The position numbers were made by a program, and so were the translations under genes. Source: Mobula hypostoma (taxonomy: Eukaryota). Taken from it: 64,000 nt of DNA. The stretch spans positions 37,326,001 through 37,390,000 of the forward strand of contig NC_086108.1 of NCBI RefSeq assembly GCF_963921235.1. Reading direction: 5' to 3'. Below the pieces are notes generated by a model. That model searched no databases, was not told where the DNA came from, and saw only the letters and a list, made by a program, of their open reading frames with translations. Positions 10,982 to 23,563 of the stretch are shown here, piece by piece. Each line of letters starts with the position of its first letter. The stretch's first letter is position 1.

Positions 10982-13464
10982 AAGAATGTAGGGTTAATGG
11001 CAGGATTCTTAGCAGTGTGGAGGAATATAGAGACCTGGAGTTCATGTCCATAGACTTTTCAAAGTTGTCGCAGAAGTCGGTAGGGTTATTAGTAAGGCAT
11101 ACAGTGCACTAGTCTTCAATAGTCATAGTTTTTGGCTCAAGAGTTGTGAGGCAACGTTGCAGTTTTGTAAAACCCTGATTAGACCACACTTGGAATGTTG
11201 TGTTCAGTTCTGGTTACCTTCTTATAGGAAGGATGTGGAAACTTTAGAAGGGGTGCAGATGAAATTTACCAGGCTGCGCCCTGAATTGGAGAGCATGGCT
11301 TAGAGAATAGACTGAGCAAGGCTGGGCTTTTCTTTTTTGCAGAGAAGGAGGACGAGAGATGTACAAGGTAAGAGGCATATAGTGATGAGCCAGAGAGTTT
11401 TTCCCATAGTGGAATTTGCTAATCTGCTAATACAAGGGGGCATAATTTTAAGGTGATTAGAGGGTAGCATGGGAGGATGTCAGAGGTGATTTTTTTTTAA
11501 GCTAAGTAGTAGGTACATTGAACATACTACCAGGTGTGATGGTAGAGACAGATACGCTAGGGACTTTAAGAAGCTCTTAGATAGTCACATGAATGATAGA
11601 AAAATGGAAGATGATTTGGAAGGGAAGGGTTAGAGTACTCTTTGTGTAGCTTTAAAGGTCCGTTTTTAGTCCAAAGGGCCTGAAGTGTGCTATAATGTTC
11701 TATGTTCTAAACTGCTACTCTTAGCTGCAGATATGAGGACTGATGTGAGATTTTTGTATGGTTTACGTCTGTTTCTGTATTATAAGAGAAAAACTTTTAA
11801 TTGGTGCCAATAAGAAAAGTGCAGTTTTTTGTACCACCACACTTACAATATTTTTGGATTTTGCTACCATCAGATCATTGAGACCTATGACATTTCATGA
11901 CCAAGAGGCAATAATTTCAAATGAGTACCCTTTGAAAGTTTTGAGGAAATGACAGCTTTCAGACACAAGATTAAACAGTACAGATATATATTGGTTTAGA
12001 AATCAACAATGTTGGTGTGTGGGGATTGTGTGAATCTGAAAGTAAAAACTTAAATTAATGCATTTATACTTTACATATAAAAGGCACCCTGCAATTTTTT
12101 TCAGACAACTATTGACTCATTTGAAAAGCTGTCACTTGAGTAATAGGCAACCCTAAAGGGATGTATTTCAATAGCTTATGAAGGCTAGGAAAGAAATAAA
12201 GAGAAAAAAAATGCTAAAAAGAAAATCAGCCAAGGTATGGATGCTGCTACAGACTCATGTAATAGCTGATACCATTGTTAAACATTTCAGTTGACTTGCC
12301 CTTCATTTCTATTCTAACCTAACAATTATTACAATAATTATATTTGGGATGTTAAAGCATCCTGAACGTAATAGTTATGTGCTTTACAATAAACCTCTAA
12401 ATTATATCTCAGTGAAGCATAATTGTCTGTCCAGTCTTGTGGATTTCTATTAAACTATCTGCATGGAAATTCTGTTCTTAATAGGTTCATAAACATATTG
12501 AACTTAAATTTTCTGTAGATTTTTGATTCCGTTATCCTTTTGTGCAAAAAAAAAATAATTTCAACAATCAATAATTAAACTCAATTAAATTCTACCAATT
12601 GCTTCCTCTGGTTATCTCGGTTTTTTCTTGTACAGAAGTGTGCAGCTTGTTTTATGAATTACTTTGAAGAGAAACATTATTTTTTTGCCAGCCCTGCATC
12701 ATATCTGAGCAGTATCCTCTTTTTCTGCATGTGTTAACATAATATGAGATTAGGTTTCCTCATTTAAGAAATAAATTGTCAACTCAAGACCTTAGAACTT
12801 CTATACTTATGAGGAATCAGAGAACCTGATTTTACGCAAGCAATGAGCCCTGATAAAACAAGGCCAGAGGAGATTGATGAAGATGCCCTTAAGAACAGAA
12901 AACATTACTAAGTCAAGTGCAAGGAATGAAGGTTACTTTCACAATAGAAATGGCAATATACAATCAGTTGCAACACTAAACCAGTGAGCAGAAATCAGTT
13001 GTTGTCGTGGTCTGGTCCGTGAAGTCCACATTCCGGTTCATGGTCCGGTCTATGGACTCAAGACTCCGGGTCATCCAGCTGTCCCTTGTTTGACTAAATC
13101 AAAGGCACCTGATTCCCATCTTTGGGCTTGCAATATAAGTAGCCTTGAGATTGAGTGGGGGCTTCTGGTTTGTTTTGTCACTCCCCCTTGGAGCAACCTG
13201 CTGGTGGAAGGCTAGAGCAGCCAATTGCCATCTTTAGGCCGTGTTGGGGAACCATCCCCTCATGTGAGCCTTGCTGTCTGTAGTTGGAGCTGTCTTTGCG
13301 GTATGGATTCAGCTGTTTCCTCTGCCAGCTGAGTGGCTGCCAGCCACTCCGAGCTAGGTAGGGATCTGGCTGTTTCCGTAGCCAGCTGAGGTTGCCGGCT
13401 GAACTGAGACTTGGAGCTACCCCAGAGCAGAGATGGAACTGTCTGTTGTTCTTTGGTGTTTGTC

Positions 13465-13725
13465 TCTTCCTGTCCTCGCCTCTGTGGGGTAAGTCAGGCT
13501 GTTCTGCCGTTGCCCCATGGGGGGGTCATGTCTTGTCTTGCCCTCACCTCTGAGGGGTAAGTCAGGCCATTTTTCCATTGCCCCGCAGGGGGTCAGGTCT
13601 TGTCTAGTCTTGTCCTTGCCTCTATGGGGTAAGTCAGGCTGTTTTGCCATTGCCCTGTGGGGGTTCATGTCTTGTCTTGTCTTTGCCTCTGTTGGGTAAG
13701 TCTGGCCATCCTGCCATTACCCCAC
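13465..13725. repeat. Minisatellite, about 4 copies of a ~65-bp unit
   Basis: Repeated gcctctgtggggtaagtcaggctgtt...gccattgcccc...ggggtcatgtcttgtcttg. Confidence 0.85.
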
Positions 13726-13954
13726 AGGTGGACCTGTCCCACCTTGGTGTGAAGGTGAAGTTGAGTCCCGGCTTGTCGTAGGATAAGTCCCGGCTCGATG
13801 TCTATATTCTGTCTTCTCTCATGTTAGTTTTGTGTTAAAGATGAGTCCTGGCTTGTTGAAGGATAAGGCCCGGCTCTAAGTTGATGTTCGGTTCCCAGTC
13901 TGTCTTTCAGCTCCAGCCTCCGAGTTATCAGCCTCCGCATTTCAAGACGTAGAT

Positions 13955-16062
13955 CAAGCAGCCAGGCTCCAAGAACCCAAGCCTTGACGATCCTGCAGCC
14001 AAGCTCCAAGAACCCAAGCCTCGAGGATCCCACAGCCAAGCTCCAAGAACCCAAGCCTCGAGGATCCCGCAGCCAAACTCCAAGAACCCTAGCTTCGACG
14101 ATCCCGCAGCCAAGCTCCAAGATCCCAAGCCTTGAGGATCCCTAACCAAGCTCAAGACCCAAGACCCTAGCCTGCAGCCAAGCTGAAGACCCAAGACCCC
14201 AAGCTTCAAGGATGCCAAGCCAAGCTCAATAGACAATAGGTGCAGAAGTAGACCATTCGGCCCTTCGAGCCTGCACAGCCATTCTGAGATCATGGCTGAT
14301 CATCTACTATCAATACCCGGTTCCTGCCTTGTCCCCATAACCCTTGATTCTCCTATCCATAAGATACCTAACTAGCTCCTTCTTGAAAGCATCCAGAGAA
14401 TTGGCCTCCACTGCCTTCTGAGGCAATGCGTTCCACACCTCCACAACTCTCTGGGAGAAGAAGTTCCTCCTCAACTCTGTTCTAAATGACCTACCCCTTA
14501 TTCTTAAACCACGTCCTCTGGTACTGGACTCTCCCAGCATCTGGAACATATTTCCTGCTTCTATCTTGTCCAATTCCTTAATAATCTTGTATGTCTCAAT
14601 CAGATCCCCCCTCAATCTCCTCAATTCCAGTGTGTACAAGCCCAGTCTCTCTAACCTCTCTCCATAAGACAGACCGGACATCCCAGGAATTAACCTAGTG
14701 AACCTACGCTGCACCTCCTCCACAGCCAGGATGTCCTTCCTTAACCCTGGAGACCAAAACTGCACACAATACTCCAGGTGTGGTCTCACCAGGGCCATGT
14801 ACAAATGCAAAAGGATTTCCTTGCTCTTGTACTCAATTCCCTTTGTAATAAAGGCCAACATTCCATTAGCCTTCTTCACTGCCTGCTGCACTTGCTCATT
14901 CACCTTCAAAGACTGATGAACAAGTACTCCTAGATCTCTTTGTATTTCTCCCTTACCTAACTCCACACCATTCAGATAATAATCTGCCTTCCTGTTCTTG
15001 CTCCCAAAATGAGTAACCTCACACTTATTCATATTAAATGCCATCTGCCAAGTATCTGCCCACTCACCCAGCTTCACCTTGAATTCTCCTAACTATCTCA
15101 TCACATGTCATACTGCCACCCAGCTTAGTATCATCAGCAAACTTGCTGATGTTATTCACAATGCCTTCCTCTAAATCATTGACATAAATCGTAAACAGCT
15201 GTGGTCCCAATACTGAGCCCTGTGGCACCCCACTAGTCACCACCTGCCATTCCGAGAAACACCCATTCACTGCTACCCTTTGCTTTCTATCTGATAACCA
15301 GTTTTCTATCCATGTCAATATCCTCCCCCCAATGCAATGAGCTCTGATTTTACCCACCAATCTCCTATGTGGGACCTTATCAAATATCTTCTGAAAGTCA
15401 AGGTACACCACATCCACTGGATCTCCCATGTCTATCTTCCTGGTTACATCTTTGAAAAACTCCAATAGATTAGTCAAGCATGATTTGCCCTTGGTAAATC
15501 CATGCTGGCTCGGCCCAATCTTATTACTGCTATCAAGATATGCCGCTATTTCATCTTTAATAATGGACTCTAGCATCTTCCCCACTACTGATGTTAGGCT
15601 AACAGGGTGATAGTTCTGTGTTTCCTCCCTCCCTCCTTTCTTAAAAAGTGGGATAACATTAGCCATTCGCCAATCCTCAGGAACTGATCCTGAATCTAAG
15701 GAATATTGGAAAATGATCACCAATGCATCTGCAATTTCCAGAGCCACCTCCTTTAGTACCCTAGGATGCAGACCAGCTAGACCTGGGGATTTGTTAGCCT
15801 TCAGTCCCATCAGTCTACTCATCACTGTTTCCTTCCTAATGTCAATCTGTTTCAATTCCTCTGTTACCCTCAAGACCCAAGACCCCAAGCTTCGTGGATC
15901 CCAAGCCAAGCTCAAGACCCAAGACCCCAAGCCTCGAGGATCCCAAGCCAAGCTCAAGACCCAAGACCCCAAGCCTCGAGGATCACAAGCCAAGCTCAAG
16001 ACCCAAGACCTCAAGCCTCGAGGATCCCAAGCCAAGCTCAAGACCCAAGACCCCAGCCTCAA
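13955..16062. repeat. Minisatellite of 36-42-bp units, split by the CR1 at 14230-15868
   Basis: 36-bp units (gcagccaagctccaagaacccaagcctcgaggatcc-like) at 13955-14140 grade into 42-bp units (ctcaagacccaagaccccaagcctcgaggatcccaagccaag) at 14150-14229 and 15869-16062. Confidence 0.9.
14230..15868 (-). mobile_element. 5'-truncated CR1 LINE, fairly young
   Basis: ORFs 15064-16062 and 14310-15077 give the RT and C-terminus with one frameshifting deletion near 15075; ctattgt-type tail; TSD ctcaa at 14225-14229 and 15869-15873. Confidence 0.95.
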
Positions 16063-16469
16063 GCCTTGTCATGTCCTTGCCTGGTTCTGGGTCCTTGTCC
16101 AGTCTCGGGCTCGGAGTCCAAGCCTTGTCTTGTCTCCAAGTCCGGACCTCTAGACCCCAGCCATGTCCTGTCCTGAAGCCATGTCATGTCCTTGCCTGGT
16201 TCCAGGGTCCGAGCCCGAGGCAAGACCCAGGTTCTGGGTTCTTGTCCAGTCTCAGGCTCGGAGTCCAAGCCTTGTCTCCTAGTCCATGATTCCTAGTTCT
16301 GGTTCTGCTTTCCCTAGCCCAAGTCTGCGTTCTTGTCCCTGCTCCTTGCCTGTATCCTGTCACGTCCCTTCTCCAGTCAAGTCCTGTTCCTTGTACTTCA
16401 GGCCCTGTGTCTTGCATTTGGGTCCATTCCCAGCACCCCCTGTGACAGTTCTTTCAGTCATGAGGTTAA

Positions 16470-17130
16470 TGTCTCCTTTTTGGGCAATTCCTTGGGGTTG
16501 AGGAAGGGCTGCTACCACTCTAATGGAAGGTCTGTTCTCATTAATGAATTCTGTGTGGGATTCTTAGGCTCTGACATTTATGGAGTGGTGGTGGGGGGGG
16601 GGGGGACACTGACAGGAGAGGCTTAGTGCACACATTTTCTGAACCCAGTTGTTTTTTTTTGCTTCTGTGGGTTGGTAATTTTAGATGTTCTGCAAACCTG
16701 CAATTTTCCTTCAGCTTCTATGTCCTTTCGTCATATACATGAGGTTTTTAGAGCCCTCACAGCTGCTCCTCTACTGTGAGCAGTTATAAGTCAGTGAGAA
16801 TTTCCATTTTTTGTGTAAGAAAGCATGAGAACCCCATGAAATAGTTTCTCCTGGAGATCTTTTGCTGTGATGGAGTTTGAAGTGTTGGCTTTGGGAGTCT
16901 ACTGCCAAGAATGAAGATGATGTTGCCAACCAATGTAGCTTAAGGTTGATTGAAGCTTTGGTACAGGGAATAATGGCTTGGGAAAGCATGGTAATGTTGC
17001 TTTGTCTGTTACTGTCAATGAATTGTATGGAGAAATAGTTTGGGCTATCTCCCAGTACTTTGAAGTGCTTATTTTAGACTTTCCATGTCTTTGAAGCACA
17101 TTGGAGATGGGTTCAAATCTGCTCAACAAA
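16470..17130 (-). mobile_element. RTE-clade LINE 3' fragment, old
   Basis: ORF 16771-16989 (MLSQAIIPCTKASINLKLHWLA...LHHSKRSPG) resembles the RTE C-terminus; its 3' end resembles the copy ending at 36355. Confidence 0.6.
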
Positions 17131-17895
17131 CCAGACTTTGTAGTTTAAACAAGTGTGTAGCTGGTGAAAAAATACATGAAGCAATATAAATAGGAAATGC
17201 TTTATACAAAAAATAAGCTAGACAACAAAGTCTGCTTTTGCTTTGTCAATTGACTACAAACCTTATTCATAGAACTTTAATACATACAACCTTGTCAAAA
17301 GCAGGATTTAGTTAAGTTCTTCACCAGAAGTCAAGTGCTTACAGGTTGAAATCATGTTGCAAACTCACTGCTCAATTACATAGGATTGCTGCATTGGGAA
17401 ATGAAAAGAAAACACATGGCTTTATTTCACTGTACATCTGCACAAAATCTATCAAAAAAGATTTGAGAAAAAAATTCATAACATGTAGTGCAGTGACATC
17501 TGATACAGTGTAATCACATTTCACCTCCTCACTTTAACCCCCAATGTGCTGACTTTTGCCAATGGCGATAATCAGCAACATTTGCATTCAGCTATAGCAA
17601 CTGAAGCATGCCCAAAATTTCTGTGCAGACACTCTGGAAAGCTGGAGACTGGGACTTCTGCGTGGATTCAAAGCATGCAAATCTCTCAACCTCCACTTTG
17701 CAGCTGGGAAATCACCTTTCATTTCAAACCTGGTGAAGGATGGAAAGTCGCACTTGAATCTGTGGGGAATTGCAGGGCAAAGATTTAGGAGGCAAAAGGA
17801 AACACAATTCATTAGAAGACTTTGCTTTAGTTTAATACTCCATGTGTCCTTTTAGAAAGCCTTTCAGAAGTACAGAACCTAGCAGAAATAAAATA

Positions 17896-18726
17896 CTGTA
17901 GATTCTGGTTAATTAGGCTATCAGTTAATTAGGGAAGCTGCTTATTTGGGACAACTATTAAAGATCAAGAATTAATTAAGAAAATAGCTGGGATTCTCTT
18001 CACTTTATTTGGGAGATAATGCCATTTAGTTGGGATAGTTTCCAAATAGTGTCAGTCAGATGCATTTGTGTGGCATTAGATAATACACCATGCTTAGAGG
18101 AAGCAGTTTTTACATAGCTTCAATTGTGTCTGTTTGTGTTCAAAAATCAATAATTCTTGTCACTGCTATTTGGTGAGAAATAAGCAGTAAGACAATTTGG
18201 AACTGTTTTGCTCATGGTAGTTTCAAGCATTCTGGTTTGGAGGTGCCAGAAAAAAGCTGGGAGTAAAAATGAAACAATTTCATCACTTCAAAAAGTTAGG
18301 AACTACAAAGAATTTGAAGGTATTGATAATCATCTTTAATGTTACAATGCAAATAAAGATTTCTAAAGGATACAATCATTGAAAGTTTTGTACAAATGTA
18401 GTCCATTATCTGTACCAGGTGTCTGCACTGCTTTTATTCATTTACTGTCAATCAAAAGAACAAAGCAGCATACACAGGATGAATTCCTCTGTCAATAACT
18501 ACTAGGAACTAATACACAATTTTATAGTACTGTAGTACTATTGTTCGTGCTAAAATTTGTTCTGTATTCAATGAAAGACATAATTTGCTACTCAGTTCAC
18601 CTTTGTAGTTCATCTTTTTTATACCTTTTTAACTATTTCTATGAAACTTTAGCTAAATGGTACAGCTGCTTAATTGGGCCAAAATGCACTGGTCCCAATG
18701 TGTCCCAATTAACCAGAAATCCACTG
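17896..18726. mobile_element. Tigger/pogo-like non-autonomous DNA transposon
   Basis: TIRs ctgtagattctggttaattagg and cccaattaaccagaaatccactg, TA on both sides (17894-17895, 18727-18728), repeated subterminal taatt(a/g)gg motifs. Confidence 0.85.
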
Positions 18727-19771
18727 TACTTGCATTTTTCATTGTTGGTTTATGTACGAAAAGTTTTAAATGCTTATGATTGAGAGCAGAAAAAAAGCTA
18801 ATGACTGATGATAAATTTCAGAGGCAACAAACCCTGCCCCACCCAGACAGATGGAGGTCATTAGCTGACAAGGGGAGTGCTGTTGCTTGGCTTCTTCTAA
18901 ACACTGTCTTGGCTTAGGAACTGCCCAGATAACGATGTTGGACCCTTATAGGAGGACAGAAGCTCACAGTGTGGTGTCCTGTCATGAGCACTTTGGGACT
19001 GTGCGGCCAGCTGTTGAGGGTTGGGTCCAGGTTTCTAGAGCATCTGTATTTGTTAATTGTCGTCTCAGCTAGAGTTGTTAAGCCCTTGCGCTTTCTGTTT
19101 TCTGCATACTGTGATCAATTAATGCAGACCCCTCAATTAGCAATTTGGGGTCCTTGTGTTGAGAATAATTCATCTTGCCTTGTCGCTTGTTGGAACCACC
19201 AATCTTCTGTTGGAATTCAAAAGTGTAAACTCTTGTTTCTGTCTCTGAATGGGAGTCTGTCATTCCTTCGCGCCTGGGTTCAGTCGTTTGCCAGTGCACA
19301 CAGTGATAGATGGCCATGACAATTATGGGCAGAATACTTGGTCACTTTGAGCTGATACATCACACTTGAGTAGAATAAAGCTTAGTTCTCTTTACTTCAT
19401 TTTGTTAAAAAAGATGAAAGACAGTAATTCTCAGTTAATTTACATAATTCAAATTAGTGCTTTGACTACCAGTGATATATAATTATTAACAACACTACAC
19501 AGTTACCGTTGAAAATTACTTGTGTAACAGAATCTAAAAGTTAATGTCACCAGTACACCTTAAATTTTCAACCTGGTCTACCTTAATCTTTAGCATAATT
19601 TATGCCTATAAGGCTGATGATCAAAATGAAGCACATTTTTTTTTCAGTTTGCACGTCGAATAGCTCTAGAGTCATTGTAAGTTAGATATACTGTGGCATG
19701 ATTTTAAATTCTGAACAAACTTTGAATCTTGTATTAAACACTGCTTAAGTTGCACAGAAGCAAAGTGACTG

Positions 19772-19890
19772 TGTAACACTCATCTCGCCTAGCGGCTTAA
19801 TATAAGGGGTGATAACTCCCTGCCCAGCCAAACATAAGAAATCTTGTTTGGGTGGATGCTGCACAATGTGACCCCTGTTACAAATCAGTA
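19772..19890 (-). repeat. Remnant (U5 end) of the 3' LTR
   Basis: Direct repeat of 24864-24982; joins integrase zinc-finger codons directly at about 19890. Confidence 0.85.
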
Positions 19891-22800
19891 CTTGCAGTAT
19901 TCTTCAACCTCCGACTTCGTTTGGGGCCAGTAAAACTGGTCTCTGAGCAATCCATAGGTCTTTTCCACCCCCAAACGTCCAGAATCATCATGAAGTGACT
20001 TCAGCACAATCCTCCGATACTTCTCGGGCAGAACCAGCCGGCAACGCTGAGGTTGGTCCGGGGGTGATGTGATCCGGGATAAGATCTGGTTCTTCAACTC
20101 CAACCGAGGCCATTCTTTCAGTAATGGAGGCACCGAAGCGTGTTTCGTCTTCTCTGCCTGAGCCATGTCTCCCTTTTCAATCGCGGATCAAATGGTATCG
20201 ATGCATGGGTCATCTCGCCGAGCAGCTGCCACTTCCCCAGAACTCAATTCCGGCAGCTGATTGGTCTTCAGAGTGGTCAGGTTACAGTAAACTTGGAGTA
20301 TGGCGTCATTAGAGCCCCCAATTGATCCACCGCTCAATCTGGCCTCTTCTTTTCCTCTGCCTTCACGGTGATGTCAATCTAACACATGGCCTTCACCCCA
20401 GGGGCAGGAATGCTCTCCCACACCTCAACCCTGTCCAGTCTCTCATGCATCCTTTGGGGCCAAGCTTCCACATCAATGTTCCGGCTCCCTAGCCGGTACT
20501 TCAGTCTGAAATCATAGGCCGAAAACACTGCCAACCTGTGGCATCCAGTTTCGCTGATGTCAGGATATAAGTTAGGGGGTTGCTGTCCGTCCTCACCTCA
20601 AACTTGGCCCCGTAGAGATAGTCACTCAGCTTATCCACCACCGCCCATTTCAACGCCAGGAATTCCAACTTGTGTGTGGGATAGTTTCTCTTGGGCAGCG
20701 ACAAACTCCGACTGACAAGCACCACAGGCCTCAACCCGATGCCCTGATCCTGATACAGGACGGCCCCTAAACCCTCTTGGCTGGCATCTGTGTGCAGTAC
20801 ATATGGCAATCGGGGGTCCACAAAAGCCAGCACTGGTGCCTCGGTCAGCAGCTCCTTCAGCGACTGAAATCAGTGATTTTACATCCCACCTCTGTCCAGA
20901 GGGCTCCGACGGGTTTAGATATTCTCCACCCTCCTGTCCTTTCTCCCCCAGGGGAGCAGAACCACACAGAAGCTGGTTCAAGGGGTGACTCACTTTGGTG
21001 TAGCCCTTTACGAATCTCTGATAATAACCACAGAACCCAAGGAACGAGCGCAGAGCGCTCACAGTCTGGGGCCTTGGCCAAGTGGTCACCGCTTCTATCT
21101 TAGCCGGGTCTGTAACTATTCCATTCTGTGAGATTATGTGTCCAATATAGCTACCGAACGTTTGGCAGAACTGGCACTTGTCCAGGGAAAGTTTTAACCC
21201 TTCAGCTTTCAGGTGACCGAGCACCTTCAGTAGCCTCACTTCATGTTCTTCCAAGGTGGATCCAAATACTGTGAGGTCATGCAAATACACCAATACAGTC
21301 GGCCCTCCTTATTCGCGAGTTTCGTATGCGCAAATTCAACCAACCGCAAATCGAGAAAACCCGGAAGTGCTCTTCCAGCACTTGTTGTTTGAGCATGTAC
21401 AGACTTTTTTTCTTATCATTATTCCCTAAACAATGCAGTATTACAACTATTTACATGGCATTTGCATTGTATTAGGTATAAGTAATCTAGAGATGATTTA
21501 AAGTATACGGGAGGATGTGCGTAGGTTATCATGGATCGGGAATCGATAAAAACTTACTAAGTAAGTCAGAACACGTACATCCGGTATTATTTAGCGCCAG
21601 TTAGTCAAAAGTTTGTCTTAGTATATAGTATATATTTTACCCTTAAACACTTAAGAAATGTATGTTTCAGCACTCAGTTCGATCCAGTGACAGATCGCTC
21701 CCAAATGCACTCTACATCCGTGCCAGGTTGATGTGGAAGACCAAAACCCCAAAACCCAATAATTAAACCACTGTGTTGCTTAGTAATCATTGTAGCTTTC
21801 ATCAGGGCAGGGCCTTTCTCACTTTATCCTTTAAAATTGTTCCGATCGTTGACTGACTGTAGCCTAACGCTTTTCCAATGACTGATGGCATTTCACCTCT
21901 TTCCGATCATTTTGTTAGTTCCACTTTATTTTCAATCGTGATCGTGATTATTTTCGTGAACAGAAACACTGTGGATTCAGAGCTCCGCCGCTGAGTCCTA
22001 ATGTCCACCGCACTGAGACAGGTTGAATAAGGTCCAGGGTTCTGCTGGGTCCTAAGGTCCACCGCATTGAGACAGGTTGAATAAGGGACTGGAGCATCCA
22101 TATTCTTTGGTATCCGCGAGGGATTGGCTCTGGAACCAATCCCTTGCGTATAAGGAGGGATGACTGTACCTCAAGCAAGTTCATATCCCCCACTGTCTTC
22201 TACTTGACCCGCTGGAAGGTTGCCGGGGCTCCCGAGATGCCCTGGGGCAACCTTTCGAACTGGAAGAATCCCAGGGTACATATAAATGCCGCCCTCTTTG
22301 CCAGCCTCACTCATCGGGATCTGGTAATATCCACTCCTCAAATCCAGCACACTAAACCACTTCACAGCACTCAGACAGGCCAGCGCATCTTTGACCCTCG
22401 GGACCATATACTGGTCATGGACGGTGCGCCTGTTCAGAGTCCTATAGTCGACACACATGCATACCTTCCCATTCTTCTTTCGGGCCACTACTACTGGGGA
22501 TGCATAGGGGCTTCTGGACTTAGTGATGATCCCAGCTTCCTTCAACTTACACAAATTCTGCCGCATGGCTTCCACCTCTGCAGGAGCCAGTCTCCACGAC
22601 CTGTCTCTAAACGGGGTGTCCTCGGTCACCCTGATAGTGTGACAAGTGCTCTTGGAACAGCCCACATCAAACTCGCCAATGGAAAAGACACCTTCCAGCT
22701 TCAACATCTTTTCTACCAGCCTCCTTTTCCAACCCGGCGGCACCGGGGAGTCCCCAACGTTGAATGTCTCAGTGGTCAATTTTCCCCCCATTTCCAATAG

Positions 22801-23563
22801 TTTCTGCCCGGCGTGCCTCACAGGGACACTAGACATTACTGTTACTGGGAACAAATGCACCAGGGGCATCCCCCGCTTGAAGGGGCACCTTCCTGTTCGT
22901 AGTGTTCCTGATAATCACTGCCATCCTGTGTCCTGTACAAGCGAGGGCTTCTGCATTTCGGGCCTCACCAGTACCCCAGCAGGAAATCCCAACTCCTCCT
23001 TGTGGTTTTCTGGAGCGTCCACTAAGAGGGCCCTGCCCTCAGGCACTCTGGGAAATTTGGGGGTCCCCATCACTCTTGCTACTTCCCCGGGCCGTACCAC
23101 CATTGGCTTCGACTGGGTGAACCACACAAACCCTGTTTAAGTTCAGTATCCGGCCCAGTGCTGCCACGCACTTCCTCAAACGCAGTTCGAAACACCGGGT
23201 GCACGGAAAATGTTCCCAAAAAGCTCTCACCTGCCTTTTCCTCGTAGGCCCCCATGACCCTCCTCACAAGAGGGTGTTGGTCCCCACCAGAATTGAAACA
23301 CCGCCCTTCTCAACAGGGTCTGGACAAACCAGCACTAATGTATCAAGGACCTCAGACACTCCCTCCGAGAACTCCAGCTTCACTGACAAATAACCGTTGT
23401 ATCGATAATCAACAGCACTGAGACCCCAAATCTCCAGTACATTAAATGGTGTCAAGGGTAAATGCTTCAGAAAACAGTTATAAAATGAATGGTATTGTAA
23501 CGTGACCTGTGAACCGGTGTTGAGTATGGCTTTAGCGTAAATACCCTCTATTTGTAGTGACAC
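19890..23563 (-). pseudogene. Gypsy pol (PR, RT, RNase H, IN zinc finger), multiply disrupted
   Basis: PR AILNTGSQVT (DTG to NTG); RT SPYASPVVV...CVDYRTLN...LDLRSGYYQI...VYLHD; RNase H LHTDAS...HKLEFLALKWAV...RTDSNPL; IN zinc finger LHDDSGRLG...FYWP...YCK. Confidence 0.92.
21296..22166. mobile_element. Tigger-family MITE, MER2-like, inserted in the Gypsy RT
   Basis: TIRs cagtcggccctccttat / ataaggagggatgactg; TA TSD at 21294-21295 and 22167-22168; removing it restores the RT peptide MNLLEV-LVYLHD. Confidence 0.92.

Larger units (their letters stand above)
5470..11709 (+). mobile_element. Decayed CR1 LINE (EN to 3' tail), split by nested insertions
   Basis: EN motifs (LLGVFYRPP) at 5758-6015 and RT start (SQHGFVK...VDVVYIDF) at 6659-6934. 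Sequence breaks at 7065 and resumes at 10539 (taaatgac...attaagtttacatatgat), ending in a ttctatgttcta tail at about 11709. Confidence 0.85.
13003..16447 (+). mobile_element. Large solo LTR (Gypsy/ERV-like) with internal minisatellites, interrupted by a CR1
   Basis: TG...CA termini (tgtcgtgg / ctgtgaca), near-perfect 5-bp TSD gttgt/gttct, TATA-like aatataag near 13133, tgcatttgggtcc near the 3' end, sharp GC contrast with the flanks, no internal gag/pol. Confidence 0.7.

Noticed and set aside
13955..16062. Regularly spaced repeats resembling a CRISPR array
   Set aside because: Units are head-to-tail with no unique spacers, there are no cas genes, and the context is eukaryotic.
13417..16501. 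Many overlapping ORFs with repetitive peptides (QDPKPRGSQAKLKT, LGSWSLAAGSS)
   Set aside because: Products of stop-poor 36/42-bp and 65-bp tandem units inside the LTR; open in several frames on both strands.
18880..19360. Possible old LTR-element remnant with several short ORFs
   Set aside because: No diagnostic motif could be read with confidence.
22144..23140. Plus-strand ORFs of 218 and 164 aa
   Set aside because: Antisense shadows of Gypsy pol; the same applies to antisense ORFs over the CR1 copies.
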